Shown here: positions 1 through 13,500 of the stretch, piece after piece
How positions within the stretch are numbered: the stretch's first letter is position 1
Layout: each line of letters opens with the position of its first letter
Assembly: GCA_001687465.1 (NCBI GenBank)
Contig: LVLI01000204.1
Span: 62,001 to 126,000, forward strand
DNA length: 64,000 bases
From: Halocafeteria seosinensis
Taxonomy: Eukaryota
Direction: 5' to 3'
Notes under the pieces: generated by a model
Seen by the model: the letters and a program-made list of their open reading frames with translations, nothing else
The model's database searches: none
What the model was told of the DNA's origin: nothing
Translations under genes and position numbers: made by a program

Positions 1-1148
1 TACCCGAGGGAATGAGTTAGAGTAAATGACGCGAATTTGCTGTGGCTGTTGGTTACTATGAAGAACCGGCGCCTGTTTGCTTTACGTTCACGCATTATCC
101 ATTCTCTTAGCCTCGGCCTTCTATGAATATATTGAGCGGGATTGCTTAGCAGTCTCCGGAAAAACAACCCTCGCTTTTCCGCAAATCCGCTAACGTTGTC
201 AAATATATGATTGAACGCCCCAAATATGTGAGGACCGAGGTCGTAGTACGTCTTAACATTTTTGAATTCTCCATCATCGACTACGTCAACCATTCGGGCG
301 AGCAGTAGTTGAGCAGAAATATCGAAATACCTGCAATACGAATCACATAAACGTTGCTTTCCTTTCTAAAGGCTTCAGTTTCGTATCTTACGTTAGAAAC
401 ACGAAGAAGTCGGGATGTTTCCTTTGTTGCTGGAGCTCCTGGAAGTGCTTCCATGTCGCAGATTCACCGTAACATTCCGCTATCTCTTCGTCCGTTAAAA
501 ATCTTTCCTGTTCAGTTTTCAGCACATGGAATTCACAATATGCCCTTGCCATTGTCTCACCAATTTCCACTGGCACTCACCCCGTGTGCAGCCCGTGAGA
601 CCTGTATGGTAGCAATATCGATCCAATGGCAATGACAAAGCCAGATAGAACACAGAAAATCGCTTACCACGCCATTCTCGTTCAGCTTTAACAGATTTCC
701 AGTTTCGAATTCAAAGATAATACCTTTTTCAATAAATTCCGGTCTCCACTGAACTTCATGAGTCGCCCCTTGTGTGTCATTCCAAGACTCTCCTCGGTGC
801 AGCCTACGGCGCGGCCACTTGTTCACTTCTACTAGATACTCTGCTAGCGCATCATACACCAAGGGCAGTAGCTCCCTCAATTTGTAGCGAGCGAGCGCAT
901 GGTCTGGAAGAAAATGAATCAAAAAGATCCTCGAATTTGAAACTTGACAGCTTCTGAACGAGCGTACCAAGATCAAATCCAACCCATGTACACCGTTCCG
1001 CCGTCCTCCTAGCTTCGTATAACGCGTCCTCCGCTAGTGTGTCTGCGTCAATGGCTTCTTGAGAGGTATGTGACTTGCCTAAAGCGACCTCAGCTCCCTG
1101 TGAAGTTTTTTTGTCGGATGGATAATGTACAATGCGATGAGGCTCCAT
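1..1148 (-). CDS. 5'-nucleotidase domain-containing protein (NT5DC1-like, HAD superfamily); multi-exon, 3' end runs off the window
   Basis: Splicing out intron 967-904 gives HAD motif I 'WVGFDLDHALARYKL'. It is followed by 'KGIIFEFETGNLLKLNENG', 'RAAHG' and 'YFDISAQLLLARMVD', typical of the NT5DC family. Several canonical GT-AG introns. Confidence 0.75.
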
Positions 1149-1503
1149 TCCATCTAACGCTAACTAGTCTTATAACACAAAATACCAACGCTGTCTATTC
1201 TTATTCACAGTAAATCAATCCCACTGTATGGATTAGTTCTTAGTTATGGAACCATCATCATTATGTTGGTGTGAAGTTGGTAGTACCACAGTGGTGTGCT
1301 ACCACTCCTCAAAACCGTCACGTATACCCAGGTGAGAACTCTATATCCATCGTTTACTGCAGATTTTTTTCCACCAGAGAAATGATCAAGCTTAGCACTG
1401 TTCAGTTCTGAGAGCTCAGACAAATGAAAATTCTATCTTGTGCGACATGGTGTTGAGGGAATTCAGTTTCCCAACTACACTTTGCTCTGTGCCCGATACA
1501 TCC

Positions 1504-2088
1504 TTAGGATCTCAGTGAAAACACAGCCAAACTGAGCAAGCAAGTGACAATGAGATAAATTGAGCTGATATGGGCTCGTGAGTTGGCGCTATTGCCTTCA
1601 CATTGGTCGAGCGTGCATTTGACATCATAGTGGCACCAATTCGTTGTCGTTTTCGGCATCACACTTATAGGACAGTCATTCTCTTTATAGCACTTTCCAT
1701 GGTCCAAGAAACACTGGATAGAGTTGATAAATAGAGATATTAAGTGTTCACGAACTACTCGCAGCTATTAGAGATTGCCTACTCTTACCTTGCAGACATC
1801 GTCATGGCTCGTGGCAACTTGGGCGATGCAGGATAGCAGTTCTCCCTTGCACGCGTCAATAACTGATGGAGAGCAGCCGTTGGGGAATAGCGTTTGCACC
1901 TCCGGCTCATCTGTTCCTTGGGGGACGAACTGAGGTCTATCGAATGCGTTTTCTTCTTCTTCTGGCAAGGAATCGACGGGGTTCAAGTAGACGCTGAACG
2001 GCCGCTGGAATGGTTCTGGAGTTGCCAGTCTGACTACGCTAATACCCATCAGCAAGAGACACCAAAACGCCGAGTGCAAAGACTTCAT
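1504..2088 (-). CDS. Small secreted, probably GPI-anchored Cys-rich protein (2 exons; intron 1788-1714)
   Basis: N-terminal signal peptide (MKSLHSAFWCLLLMGISVVRLA), an in-frame spliced domain with 10 Cys, and a C-terminal 'GNSA' followed by the hydrophobic tail ISSIYLIVTCLLSLAVF. Confidence 0.65.
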
Positions 2089-2441
2089 GGGTCTCAATTT
2101 GGTATCGAAAGTGAACTATGACTGGAATGAAACTATGCTCATGGGAGTTGCGGTCCTACAAGCTTAACTCATACCCTATGTGTCTCGTTGTTGTAGGAAA
2201 CTTGCATGCAGTACTAAACGTCTGTTGTAACAGCAAGCATTGACGGCTTGATTAATGCATAAGTGCCCATCAGCAAGGAAGGGAAATCTTAACCAACTAT
2301 TGCAACAATACCGCGGAAAAGAAAGCGAGACTACTTCAACTTTAAAACTGACAACTTGGTCCTGATATCCGTTCACTACAAGGGTGGGAGTTTGGTCCAT
2401 TGTACCATAGGATACATGTATATTTATTGAGCGAAATTACT

Positions 2442-5400
2442 TCACATGAAAATGTTATCCTCATCTGCGATGGTACCGGCGTCACTGTATTGCGTGTTTG
2501 CATCGTCATCCTCTCCTGCTTTACTTCCCTCTTTGATACTTCTCATCTTGTTCGCTTTACGGGGAGACTGTTGCTTTGGGACAGCCGGTTTGAGCTTTCC
2601 TTGGGCCATTCCCATGAACTGGGAATGGTTCATCCCTCGGATTTGCCTGATCTTCTCGTCCGCAGGATTGTGAGAATAAGATGGTTTCCATACTTTCTGT
2701 TTTTTCTTCTCTGCTTGTTTGCGAAGGAGTTCGGCTCTCGCAGCCTCTGCTACGCTGTCAGTATCCCGGTTTCTTCTTATCATCCTTTTACTGGATAGTC
2801 TCTTCGTCATCTGGTAGGTACTGCGAGAGGCACTCTTTGACACTATTCTGGATTCGAGAAAGTCATCCTGAAGCATAGTCTCCGTATTGTGTGCGGAATG
2901 TCTATGACTGGCAATCAGAGATCGTAGCTGACTGTTTAAGTCTTTTCGAGAATTGGTGGTAGACGAAGCCTCGGTAGTCGATGCTTCTTTGGAAATTATC
3001 CTGCTCCTAGCATCTTTGTTCCAACTGAATTCTCCATGGGCCCATGCTTGCAGGTCTTTCCTATCTACGTCTTCACCAGCCGCGTGTGTGGCTCCAGGTA
3101 TCTTGAAACTTTGTGAATTCAAAGCAATGTCGTCGGCGGCCGCACTGTCATCGGAAACGTTGCGATAACTTTTGTCTGCTTGGTGGGCTCGCGTGTACTC
3201 CAGAATTTCCGTGCCTTCATTTTGAACTGGATCCCCGCCAAATAGATTCCTGAGCTTATCCCAACCGCTCTTGCCTTCTCGTTTAGTCGGTTCATTATCG
3301 CTACCGGCTCTCAACCTCTTGCTATTGAGTTTCTTATCAGCGTCATGCTTACCTGAGCCCTTACCTGTGAAGGGCCCAGAGGCATGTTCGTTATTCTCGG
3401 GGAGTGAATGCACTTTTCCCCGTTTTGCAGTTGCTGGGTCTTCCACAGCGTCGTCCCGGTGAGAACTGTGATAAACGGGAACAACGGCCCCGTTCCGGAT
3501 CATGGGCTCAGATGCAACGTCATAGTGGACTCTTGAGGGACGTCTGGCTTCGGCTTGAGTAGGATGCCGTGGAGCTTTGTGCGCAGGAGTCGTCGGATCC
3601 AACAGATCTACGTGGTTCGCATCGGTCGCGGCTCCCGCAACATTGGCTGGATTCCGCGAGTTGAGCGGGCCTCTCGGTACATTGCTATGGCTGATCGAAT
3701 GACCTTCTATGCGGGTCGCTTCTAGCCTTGGTTGATCCATGGTCTCTTTGTGGCTGTCTCCTAGGGCCTGTTGTCCTTGGAGCATGCCGGAGACCTCCCC
3801 TGCATTGGTTGTCAGGAGACCGTCCTGTCCACTACCGGCAACGACACCACCCACAGCTGATCCTGCATTGTCGGCTGTCACGGAAACATCCTGCTCACTA
3901 CTTGCAACAACACCACCCACAGCTGATGCTGCATTGCTGACTACGGGAAGAGCATGTTGTCCACTATCGGCACGGGCACTACCAGCACCTGCACCATGGT
4001 TCAGTGAAATGAACACGTTTGTTGCACTCTGATTGTGGGGTGTGGTAGATTGGGTTTGGGTCTGAACTCCACCGTAGCTTGTTTGTGGTTGCGGTATTGT
4101 TGGAGCATAAATGTGCTGGACTGAATATGGGGCAGGCGGATACCCTCCATACGCATTTGTAGCCTCGTGGCCCGCTGTCTCCATTCTAGATTTCGAGTTT
4201 CGCCTGTTGCGCGACCCACCCGACCGGGAAGAAGAATAAGAGGAGCCGCTAGCGGAACCTTTGGAGTGACGTCTGCGGCGTCTTCTTCGATCATCGTTTC
4301 TCCACTTGCTACCTTCGTCCCTGATGCCGTCTCTCCCAGAGTCGTCCGAAGAATAAGAGCTAGTACCAGTGTAAGAAGAGCCGGTATAAGAAGTGGACGA
4401 GTGGGAAGATCCTGAGCTGGAAGTTCGAGATCTGACCAATGCGTTTCCAGAGTTATCGAGCGTTGAGTACTGCATCGGCTGTCCGAGCAGCTGGGGCTGG
4501 GTCCCAATTCCTTGGTATCCCATCACCCCATATCCGTCATAGGGAACCAAAACTCCATTTTGCACGTAGTATGGACTAGTAGGTGGGGGCTGTTGAAACG
4601 ACCCAGCAGGGGACGAGTAGATCCCAAACTGCTCGTTTTGACCACTCTGCATGCTATTCCTAGAGGGCACTCCATGTCCCATCGTTTGTTGAACCGGTGC
4701 GTAACCTGCTGAAAAACCGCCGTCCCCGTTCTGCCGGCCAAAGACCTGCTCATCCAAGGACCCTCTTGACTCTGAAGGGAATTTTTTGTCCTGACGATTA
4801 ATACTACCATCTTTTCCTATGACACTTCCTTGTTCACTGCCCAGTGCATCCTCGTCCAAGCTCGCAAGGAATTGTAAATTGTCGTTTGCGGAGGCAAGAG
4901 CGTTTTCATTCCTTTCTCCTGAAAATGAAGAAGCACTATCAATTGTCGCTTCAGGGGGTAACCTGTATCCACCGGCACCCTTCTTACTCTGCTTCGGTCT
5001 CTGTTCCTCCTCCTCTTCCTCCTCCTCACTCGAATTTTCAGACTCCAGGGACTCGTCGCTTGCGTCGTCCTCGGAATCCGGCATTTCGTCGTCCTGGAAC
5101 CCCGTGTAACCTTGATCATGACGACTTTGTAGGTGGGCGCTAGGAAGCCAGTTTCCGGTTTCATCAATGTCAATGAGTCCGTGCTCCAACAGCCACATAT
5201 GATCTTTTCGGTAGTAACGCCTGCCTCGACAACAGCAATACCGTTTTCCTGTGATTGGATCCCTCTTGTAGCAGCAAGAGCATCTTGTCCTGATAAATCG
5301 GTCAATGATTCGTGTGACAATAAAGAAGAATGAGCCAATCAACTTGAAGCCACCAGTGTAGATGATGGCAGCAGCTATCCAGAGAGGATAGTCTGGGAGA

Positions 5401-8139
5401 AGACCGTAGTGCATAATCAGCATGACGTACAGGCTATTCGACAGCATCCACGCGCACAAAATTCTTAGGCGAAAATAGTTGAATTTTTCCGCAGCTTCCT
5501 TTTTCTCCTCAAACATTTGCTGCGCTTTCTCTTGGGCTTTTCGAGCTGCAGCAGCGTGAGCGCGTTGCACCCGATTGGCCTCCATAAGTATTTCTTCCTC
5601 TTCGCTGTCTTCTTCCTCTTCCTCTACGGACGCTTTTTCAGGATTTGTGTCATCAGTTTTCTTTGCTTTTTCCTCTCCCATCCGGCTGATCGTGTCTTGT
5701 ACTTGGACGGCCTTTTCTGCTTCTCTTTGTGCCATAATTTCTAGTCCCCTTTGCATTTCTGCCGTGAGGTTTCCTTCCTTTGTTCCCCATGAGATGTCAT
5801 GCAGATTACAAAAACTGAATACTGGGAACATCGTTACAAACGTAGGGAGCAAGGTGAGATATTGGAATAATGTTCCGAGAACGTTCCAAACTTCCTGGTG
5901 AATCAAAGCGGCGAAACCGTAAATGGCAAACGCAGCTAAGACGCCGACAAGCACGAGACTATCAAAGACAAATTGCGTGAATAACCATATCGTAAATAGA
6001 ATCGAGACGATTATGAACACTGCAAACGCCGAAAGAACCGCAAGATAATAGTTTTTCAATGATCCCACGTTGCCTACCAATGCCACGGCCAGCTGCGTAA
6101 AAATAAGAGACAGGTACACAAACGAAAAGACCCAAAAGAGCTCTCCCGGGATAACACCTAGTGATGCAAATGCTGACTTGTAAATAACAGCGAAAGACAG
6201 ATAGAGGGAACCTGGATAGAGCCAAGAAATTATCGCTGTTGTCGCCGCAAAACCAAACTGTACCACGAGCATTATCTTGCGAAGAATCTGGTGAGAATTA
6301 CTCATGTATCGCTTAAAGTTTCCTAGGTAGTACAGTAAAGCAAAGAAGGACCCATTTAGCCAACGTCGTCGTTGCTTGATTAGCTCTTGCAGTGCCAAGG
6401 GGACGTCCGTATAGGCAATCGCTCGAGGCTCATATCGTAGGGTCCATCTCTCATCTGGCTGTGCCAAGATTTCGAAGCATAGTACACGGTCCTCGGCCAG
6501 GAACATGTTTGCTTGAAACGGCCCAAGCTCCTTCAGCGATTTTTCTTCCACAGTGAAATATTTCTTCAGGGGTGCTCCTTGGATAGCGTCCAACCGATAC
6601 GCGGAAAATGCACCGGGAAGAACAGTGATATACCCGAAGAACGATTCCATAGCTTTGTCTAAGATATGCGATACCTTATATTCAAAATGCTGCGCAGCCT
6701 GAAGAAACTGATAGTACTTCAGTTCTCGGACAGCGATTTCTCCACAGCAGCCCCCAATGTTGGGATCGCGCTCCATTAGCTTATATAATTGGTACACTGC
6801 ATCTTCCCTCGGAACTGTACCGACGTCGAAAAGGTAGGTGAACTTCGGCTGTGCTTGCTCACAGAATCCCGTGAAAAACCACTGTATGGTGTCACAGGTG
6901 CAGAAGAGTGATAGATGCGCCAACAGTCAGTCAAATATGGCGAAAGTGCACATACCAAATGAGAATTCAGTTTTCCACCGTTTCTTTCCTTCAGGGCGAA
7001 AATAAGTTGTACAGGCTGAAAGTACTCTCTTCGCGTCTCATGCTTGCTGATTCTAACTGTCTTCTCAAACAAATGCATTGTTACCGGCTGATCGCCAACC
7101 TTTTCTTGTATAAGTTGTGGATCATATACACCTAGGTCATTATCCATGTATTCCAGCAGAGAAGGATCCACTTTTTCACGGCCGTCCGCTACAAGGCAAA
7201 CGGCGATATCTTGCCAGTGGACACCGTGGTCGGTAAGGACGTCTGCAACAAGGAATAAATTCTGAGGCTCCGCCTCGTGACAAACCAGTGTGTATGTTAC
7301 GTACTCATATTCTCTGCAAGCCCTTGGAGTGTATGCTTGACCTCTTCACCCTTTTCGGTGTATGCTGTGATACAAATCATAACCCTGATATGCCGACCAA
7401 GACGGACACATCGTAGCTGCTCAGAAAGATCCATTGGCCGAGTGTTAATACAAGGGGTATAATCCAATTGCAGAAATTCTTCTCCAGTTAGATGCGCATC
7501 TTGGTCGACAGCTGCTTGAAGCCGGCGTTTCGGCACTGTGCCTCTCTTCTTTTGCGCAGCAGAGTAAAATGGTGGATCGACTTGCGGGTCCGAATCAACG
7601 GAGCCCTGGCTACTGTTTCCTTCTTGCTCAAACGTCACAGATCCGCGTCGTCGAGCCGCTTGTGCTTTTCCCCTGGAGACATCTACTACTACATGTCCAC
7701 CAAACCGTTTGGACCAGGAGGATTCTACCGATTCAGCCTCCGATTCATCTTTTTTTGGACCTGTACCATCCATATCAAACGTCTTCAATATGTCGTGTGT
7801 CTCAGACGAAACTGAATCTCTAGCGTCGCCTCCAAGTTCTGGAGAGTTCTTATAGGAACCAGAATCCACGTCTTGGGGAGGAGTTGCCTCACGAGGCGTC
7901 GACGTGCGGGTTCCCTTTGATTCTTCCGAGGCACGTCTACCGCTAATAGAGGACCTCCTATTGGTGGTCGGCTGGGACCTCGAAGTGGCTTTCTCTTCAC
8001 CGGTGTACGTCTCTGTTCTTCCATCGTTCATCATTGAAATCTGGTCACCTCTCATTCCCGCGAAGAGAATATCGTCCACTCCTGCGACCGACGACCGTCG
8101 GGTCTTCCTTGCCGATTTGGGGGGACCATCCGATGCCAT
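2442..8139 (-). CDS. CHS: Chitin synthase (GT2) with a very long low-complexity C-terminal tail; introns about 7304-7243 and about 6954-6882
   Basis: Motifs CIT(A)YTE, VADGR, KERNGGKLNSHL|WFF (spliced), QHFEY, VLPGAFSAYR, LAEDRVL, QRRRWLNG and SWGTK, plus multiple TM helices. Confidence 0.95.
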
Positions 8140-9159
8140 GCTGAAGATACAAAAGGTTGTTTTCTATGCAACGAATACTGAAAGAACTGGCTCTTTGCAA
8201 GACAAAAAGGCAAATTGAAGGGGGGCAAACGGGGCACAAACACCAATTTGTCGCGCGCAAAACAGGACCCCAGCGCCGTCCCACGCAACAGATGAGTACT
8301 TGCGCTGCGCAGCCAGAGTAGCGGTTGCTTGTTACTAGACTAGACAATGTTTCTATGCGTGTGCAGAAACTCTCACATCAACACTTTTCAGTCCGACTAG
8401 AGTTGAGCCGTTCGACCTACGGAGGCACTTCAACATGGAAACGGCTATACAGCGGAGAAATCAGTGCATGGCACTGTTATGTTTCAGAATGCTAGAGTCA
8501 TTTAGAGTTTGCTATACAGTACCGATATGCCATTTCTTTGAGTGGAAGGGATATTAGTTGTAGCAGAACTGCTGAAAAAGTGGTTTTGGTTTCACTGCAC
8601 CGTGGTGAGACATCCGGAGTTGCTGCCCTTGTGCTGGCGCAGAGAATCAGTGCCATGGAGGTTCGAGGCACTATGGCTACTCCGTAGTATACATTGGACA
8701 AGACTAGATGTAACATACTGCTGGTAGCGGGTCGACCTGTGACGTGCGGCAGTTTGCAGCAGCTTATTTTGCCAAATTGACCAGAGTAGTAGTAGAGGTG
8801 GTGCATGGCAGTACGCTGTGCAGAGGCCTCCATCTTATTTAGAGTTATAAAACCTAAGTGAGACACGACACTTCATAGGCATCTGCGTAGCTGCATGCAT
8901 CGACCAGCTCTCTGCGCTTGTGGCCCGTGGCCCACAGGCAAAATGATGGTTGGGCTCCACAGATACGTGGCTGGATACGTCCCGGCCCTCCACCGTGCCT
9001 CGAGCCGCCCCATGAGCCATGTCCATTGAGCCTAAGATATACACGATATAAGGCCCCCTTCATGTATCTATGCAGTGTCCCATTTGTTGCATTGTTGATA
9101 ATAGCTCATGTTGATTCGATTGTTCTGTGGAAGATTGACTTGGAAAAAGGGAAAAAGAC

Positions 9160-10426
9160 ATGATGTATCATAGCCTTGTTCCACGGCGTCTCGGCGCTTT
9201 TCGACGCTTAAATCAGCTCTATAAACCTTTACAGGGCTCTTTTTCCACGTTCCGTGGCTTCCACAACTCCCCACATACAGGGGCAACGGCTGATGTCCCC
9301 GAGACGGACAATGTCGAGCGCATGAACTTGTTTACAGCCATCAATAATGCCCTCCGAACAGCCTTATTGGCCGATGAGGAAGCCATCATTTTCGGGGAAG
9401 ATGTGGCGTTTGGAGGTGTTTTTCGATGTACCTCGGAACTACGAGACGAATTCGGAAACCACCGCGTTTTTAATACACCCCTATCGGAGCAGGTAGGTCG
9501 AAAAATGTTTCCTCAGGCACATGTCAAAGTACCATGACTTCTCTGTTTTGGCAGGGAATTGCGGCGTTTGGGATTGGATACGCAGCTCAAGGCAAGACGG
9601 CCATTGCTGAAATGCAGTTTGCAGATTATATTTTTCCGGCCTTCGATCAGCTAGTGAATGAAGCTGCTAAATATCGGTACCGCTCGGGGAATGAATTCGA
9701 CTGTGGTGGCTTAACTGTACGAGCTCCATGGGGTGCTGTGGGCCACGGTGGACATTACCATAGTCAGAGCCCGGAAGCGTACTTTGCGCATACACCCGGT
9801 CTTAAGATTGCCATTCCTCGTTCTCCTGCACAAGCTAAAGGGCTATTACTTTCGTGTATTCGCGACCGTAATCCATGCTTGTTCTTTGAACCGAAAGCGT
9901 TGTACCGGGCTGCTGTGGAAGATGTGCCACTGGAGGACTATGAAATCCCATTAGGGAAGGCAGAAATAGTTAGGGAGGGAAGCGATATAACTCTTGTTGG
10001 GTATGGTTCGCAAGTGTATGTATTGGAAAGGGCTGCCGATAAAGCAGCAGAGCAAGGAATAAGTTGCGAAATTATTGACCTACGTACTATTGCTCCCTGG
10101 GACCGTGAGACCGTCGAAAAGAGTGTTAACAAAACGGGAAGATTAGTAGTCTCCCACGAAGCACCGGTAAGTTTTCTTTTCCTAATCGCATGTCCCCTCC
10201 GATCGACTTTGAAACCAAGCTCCGTTAAATCCCGTTTCTGCAGAAAACATGCGGATTCGCTGCGGAAGTTGTATCAGAGATGACGGATCGATGCTTCTTG
10301 CGGTTAGAATCCCCACCACAAAGAACATGTGGTTACGATACACCATTCCCCCTGGTTTTTGAGAAATTTTATCTCCCTGATCAGCATAAGAATACCGAAG
10401 CTATCAAGTATTCAATTAACTACTAA
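9160..10426 (+). CDS. BCKDHB: 2-oxoisovalerate (branched-chain ketoacid) dehydrogenase E1 beta, mitochondrial; introns 9493-9554 and 10167-10243
   Basis: [55 protein letters not shown]; the spliced end reads [17 protein letters not shown]. Arg-rich presequence. Confidence 0.95.
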
Positions 10427-10511
10427 ATTGCGTTTGTGTAGCCAACAGGTGTGTCATTCGAATACACAGAGGTACCGGAACACTAGCTTTGCAAGTCTGA
10501 CCACCTATAAG

Positions 10512-13500
10512 CTAAATCCTAGTTCTTGCGACAGGGCAAGCGGATAAACGGCGGTACAGATACGTGGACATTAGAATACCTAGGCAAACCCCGACACCTG
10601 CGACGTTTCGTTTGCTACAATAAGCACTCTTTGGAGTGTCACCAATGTACACTTTCCATCCGGAATGGACGGGGTCGTCGTCAGCCGCAACGGCTTCGTC
10701 GCCGCTGCCTGTAACCCAGTTATACAGTTTCTTCACACATGCAGAGCTATACACTTGCAAACGCCTCCATACTCGGCACGCACATAGATAAAACTGTCCC
10801 CACCAGCTATAACGGTATTTCATATATGACATCGTGAAATCTTCAACGGCGGTCCAGGTAATCGGGTGTTTGGAGCCAGAATAACCGACAGTAACATGGA
10901 CCGGTATTCGAGGGAAATCGCTATAGAAGTCGACAATCGCTTTGTTTAGATCACTTGCAGTCAGGCAGCTATAAAAGTTTGCGATCTGGTTCATGTATTC
11001 TGTTGTCTTCAAGGATCCATGGCAATACAAGTGCTGCAACTGGCCAATCCAATAGCTGTTTGTGATTTGCGAGCACTTCAAATCCTCCACAAGGGCGTTG
11101 CGCATAGCAGTACATTCTTCTTCAGTTATAGGATTATGCTGGTTGAGAAGATTCCCCAGAACGGCAATGGAGTCTCCTATGCTTTGAGGTACAGTATGCA
11201 AGAGTGGGGTGGCTTCAATAATCCCAAATCCCGGACTATAGAATTCAAAGGCGGAGGTACTGACAGAGCAGGAATAGCAATTGCCTGTCCGACCACGCAA
11301 TGCCTCATACATACGTCTCTCAAGAATAGCAATCCAAATTACGGATGCTCGTAGTGGGAACAGTGGGTTTTCTTGTATGGCCGATTTGCCCAACACGCAG
11401 TCTGAGTTATGCTGGACGCCACTGTACTGGTCGTGGTACCTACCAGGAGATGGAAAGCTGATGAGCATTACACATCTGCGTGAGCTATCGGGAATCGAGC
11501 AGGTACTCCCAGATATGCTTATTCCAGAAATCGGGGAATCTGAGGAACAAACTGGTGCCAAGTCAATCCTGTCGAGCGTACGTTTAGCACTGACTGCTGT
11601 ACGTGGCGGATTGAATTCTTCCAACGTGGGAAGCTTATCTATCCTGGTTTCCGATGCCCTGTCAGGAACCTTGACTCGAGGAGGCAAGCTACCTAGCCAC
11701 TTCAAAGTCACGTTCAAAGCGCTGGCATGGTCGATATCTCCAATCACAAGTATCTGAAGATTGTTAGGAACCCAAAGGCCTTCAAAAGCCTTGCAAACAG
11801 TATCCTTATCCAGCCTGAGTAGCTGTGTCTCATTGGCCACAACGAACCGCGGGTCGTCCGCAAACAGCGTTCTCATATGAGAATACGTCGTTTTTCTTTC
11901 CAAATCTTTGTTGACTGCAGTGGCCTCCAGATACGTTGTGTCCATTGCTCGGTTAAAGGCTGTTTCGTCCCAATGATTGTGCCAGAGCATCGCTCTGATT
12001 AACTGCAGGGCTTTATCAGGCCCATCGCTTTCAACTGAGCTTAGCTGCACGTGCGCAACAACTTCTTCCATTGATGCCTCCATTTCTCCGTGGATTCCCC
12101 AGCCTGATACTATCCTGATTAAAGTTTCATTCGAAAGTCCAGCTGCTCCGCTATCCTCGAGCGTCGCAACAGCGAGTTCCGTAGATCCTGGGGGAAAAGA
12201 GTGCGGCCGGTCGCGGGCTAATTCATCTGCTGGCATCCACCCATGAGAGCCTTCGCTGCACTGACCTCCACGCGCAATAGCTAGAACGTGAATAGATCCT
12301 GCCTCAAAGGGGGTCGGACAAGTAGTCACGGTTATCCCGTTTGACAGTACATGCGTCCCAATTTCTAAACGAAGACCCTCGGTAGTGATACTCTTGGACC
12401 AATCCACTGGAGCATTACAAGTACCCTGATATCGGAATGGAGCATCCACAAAAATTTCGTTCGTCCTAGTACTCTGTAACTCTCCTGGAGTGCAGCTGCT
12501 ATGCAATTGTGTTGCATTTTCCCGAAATGCCTCCAAATCATGCTCCAGTCTTTCCTCGTTAACAATTACATTCGGAATACGAATGTCAGGTAAAGCGTTG
12601 GCATAATTTAACCCTGTGCTCATTGCATTTAGTACTTGATATAGACGAATATCCGTAAAAACGCCTACACCATAGCGGTCGAGGGACATCTCTTCGTGTA
12701 GTCCCTCAGTTTCTTGGTTTACTGGTTTTGAATGTCGTCCAACTAAACGAAAAGCACCACTCGTGTGGGCAGGAAGTGCCTGTTTGTCAACAACTTCCAG
12801 TTCGCCATCTGTAGAGAATCCGAGAGCCACTGGGTCTATTGGCCCGGTTGGTCCAATCCCTGGAATGAGGCAACTTCCATTCTGGTCAAGTTGAAGATTT
12901 GTACGAGCGACAGGACCAGGGGCAGATATAAACGCAGAAACTGACTTTGAAAGAGAATCAAACCCTAAAGCTGCTTTGGAGAGAGACGGGTAGGTAGTGG
13001 GCATACCCTCACTGCATTCAGCTTTCCGCACAACTGCCCAAGAATCTCCGAGGCCAAGCGCAGAGTTGTTTCCCCCATGAACTTCACGATTGTCGGTTTG
13101 GAATGGATGAAACTGTGATTCTAATTGATCTAGAGCTTCCGCGTATACCGGGTCCTCCAATCGTTCCATGGCTGTTCTTGCCGCTGTACCAGCTCCTTCA
13201 ACGAACGAGAAAACTGCAGAAGCGCGCTGATTAATATCTTCTTGCGATATGCGATTGGATACCTGCTGAAATGCTTCGTATTCGGCTCTTCTGTCCATCA
13301 AACTGCTGCTAGTTTGAACAGCTTCTATACACTCGTCAAGCATTGTAGCGCTGTCCACAGCATCGGCTGCCGCCGCACGATCACGAAAAGCCTTCGTCAC
13401 GGCACGAATAGCTGTCTCCAACTCTAACTCAGGAACTCCGTGCCTGGCAAGACGTACACACTCTCTAATACCCACAGATACTGCTTCTTGCCACACACGC

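Noticed and set aside
8300..9100. Short ORFs between chitin synthase and BCKDHB
   Set aside because: No recognisable motifs or consistent splice pattern; probably divergent promoter and UTR sequence.
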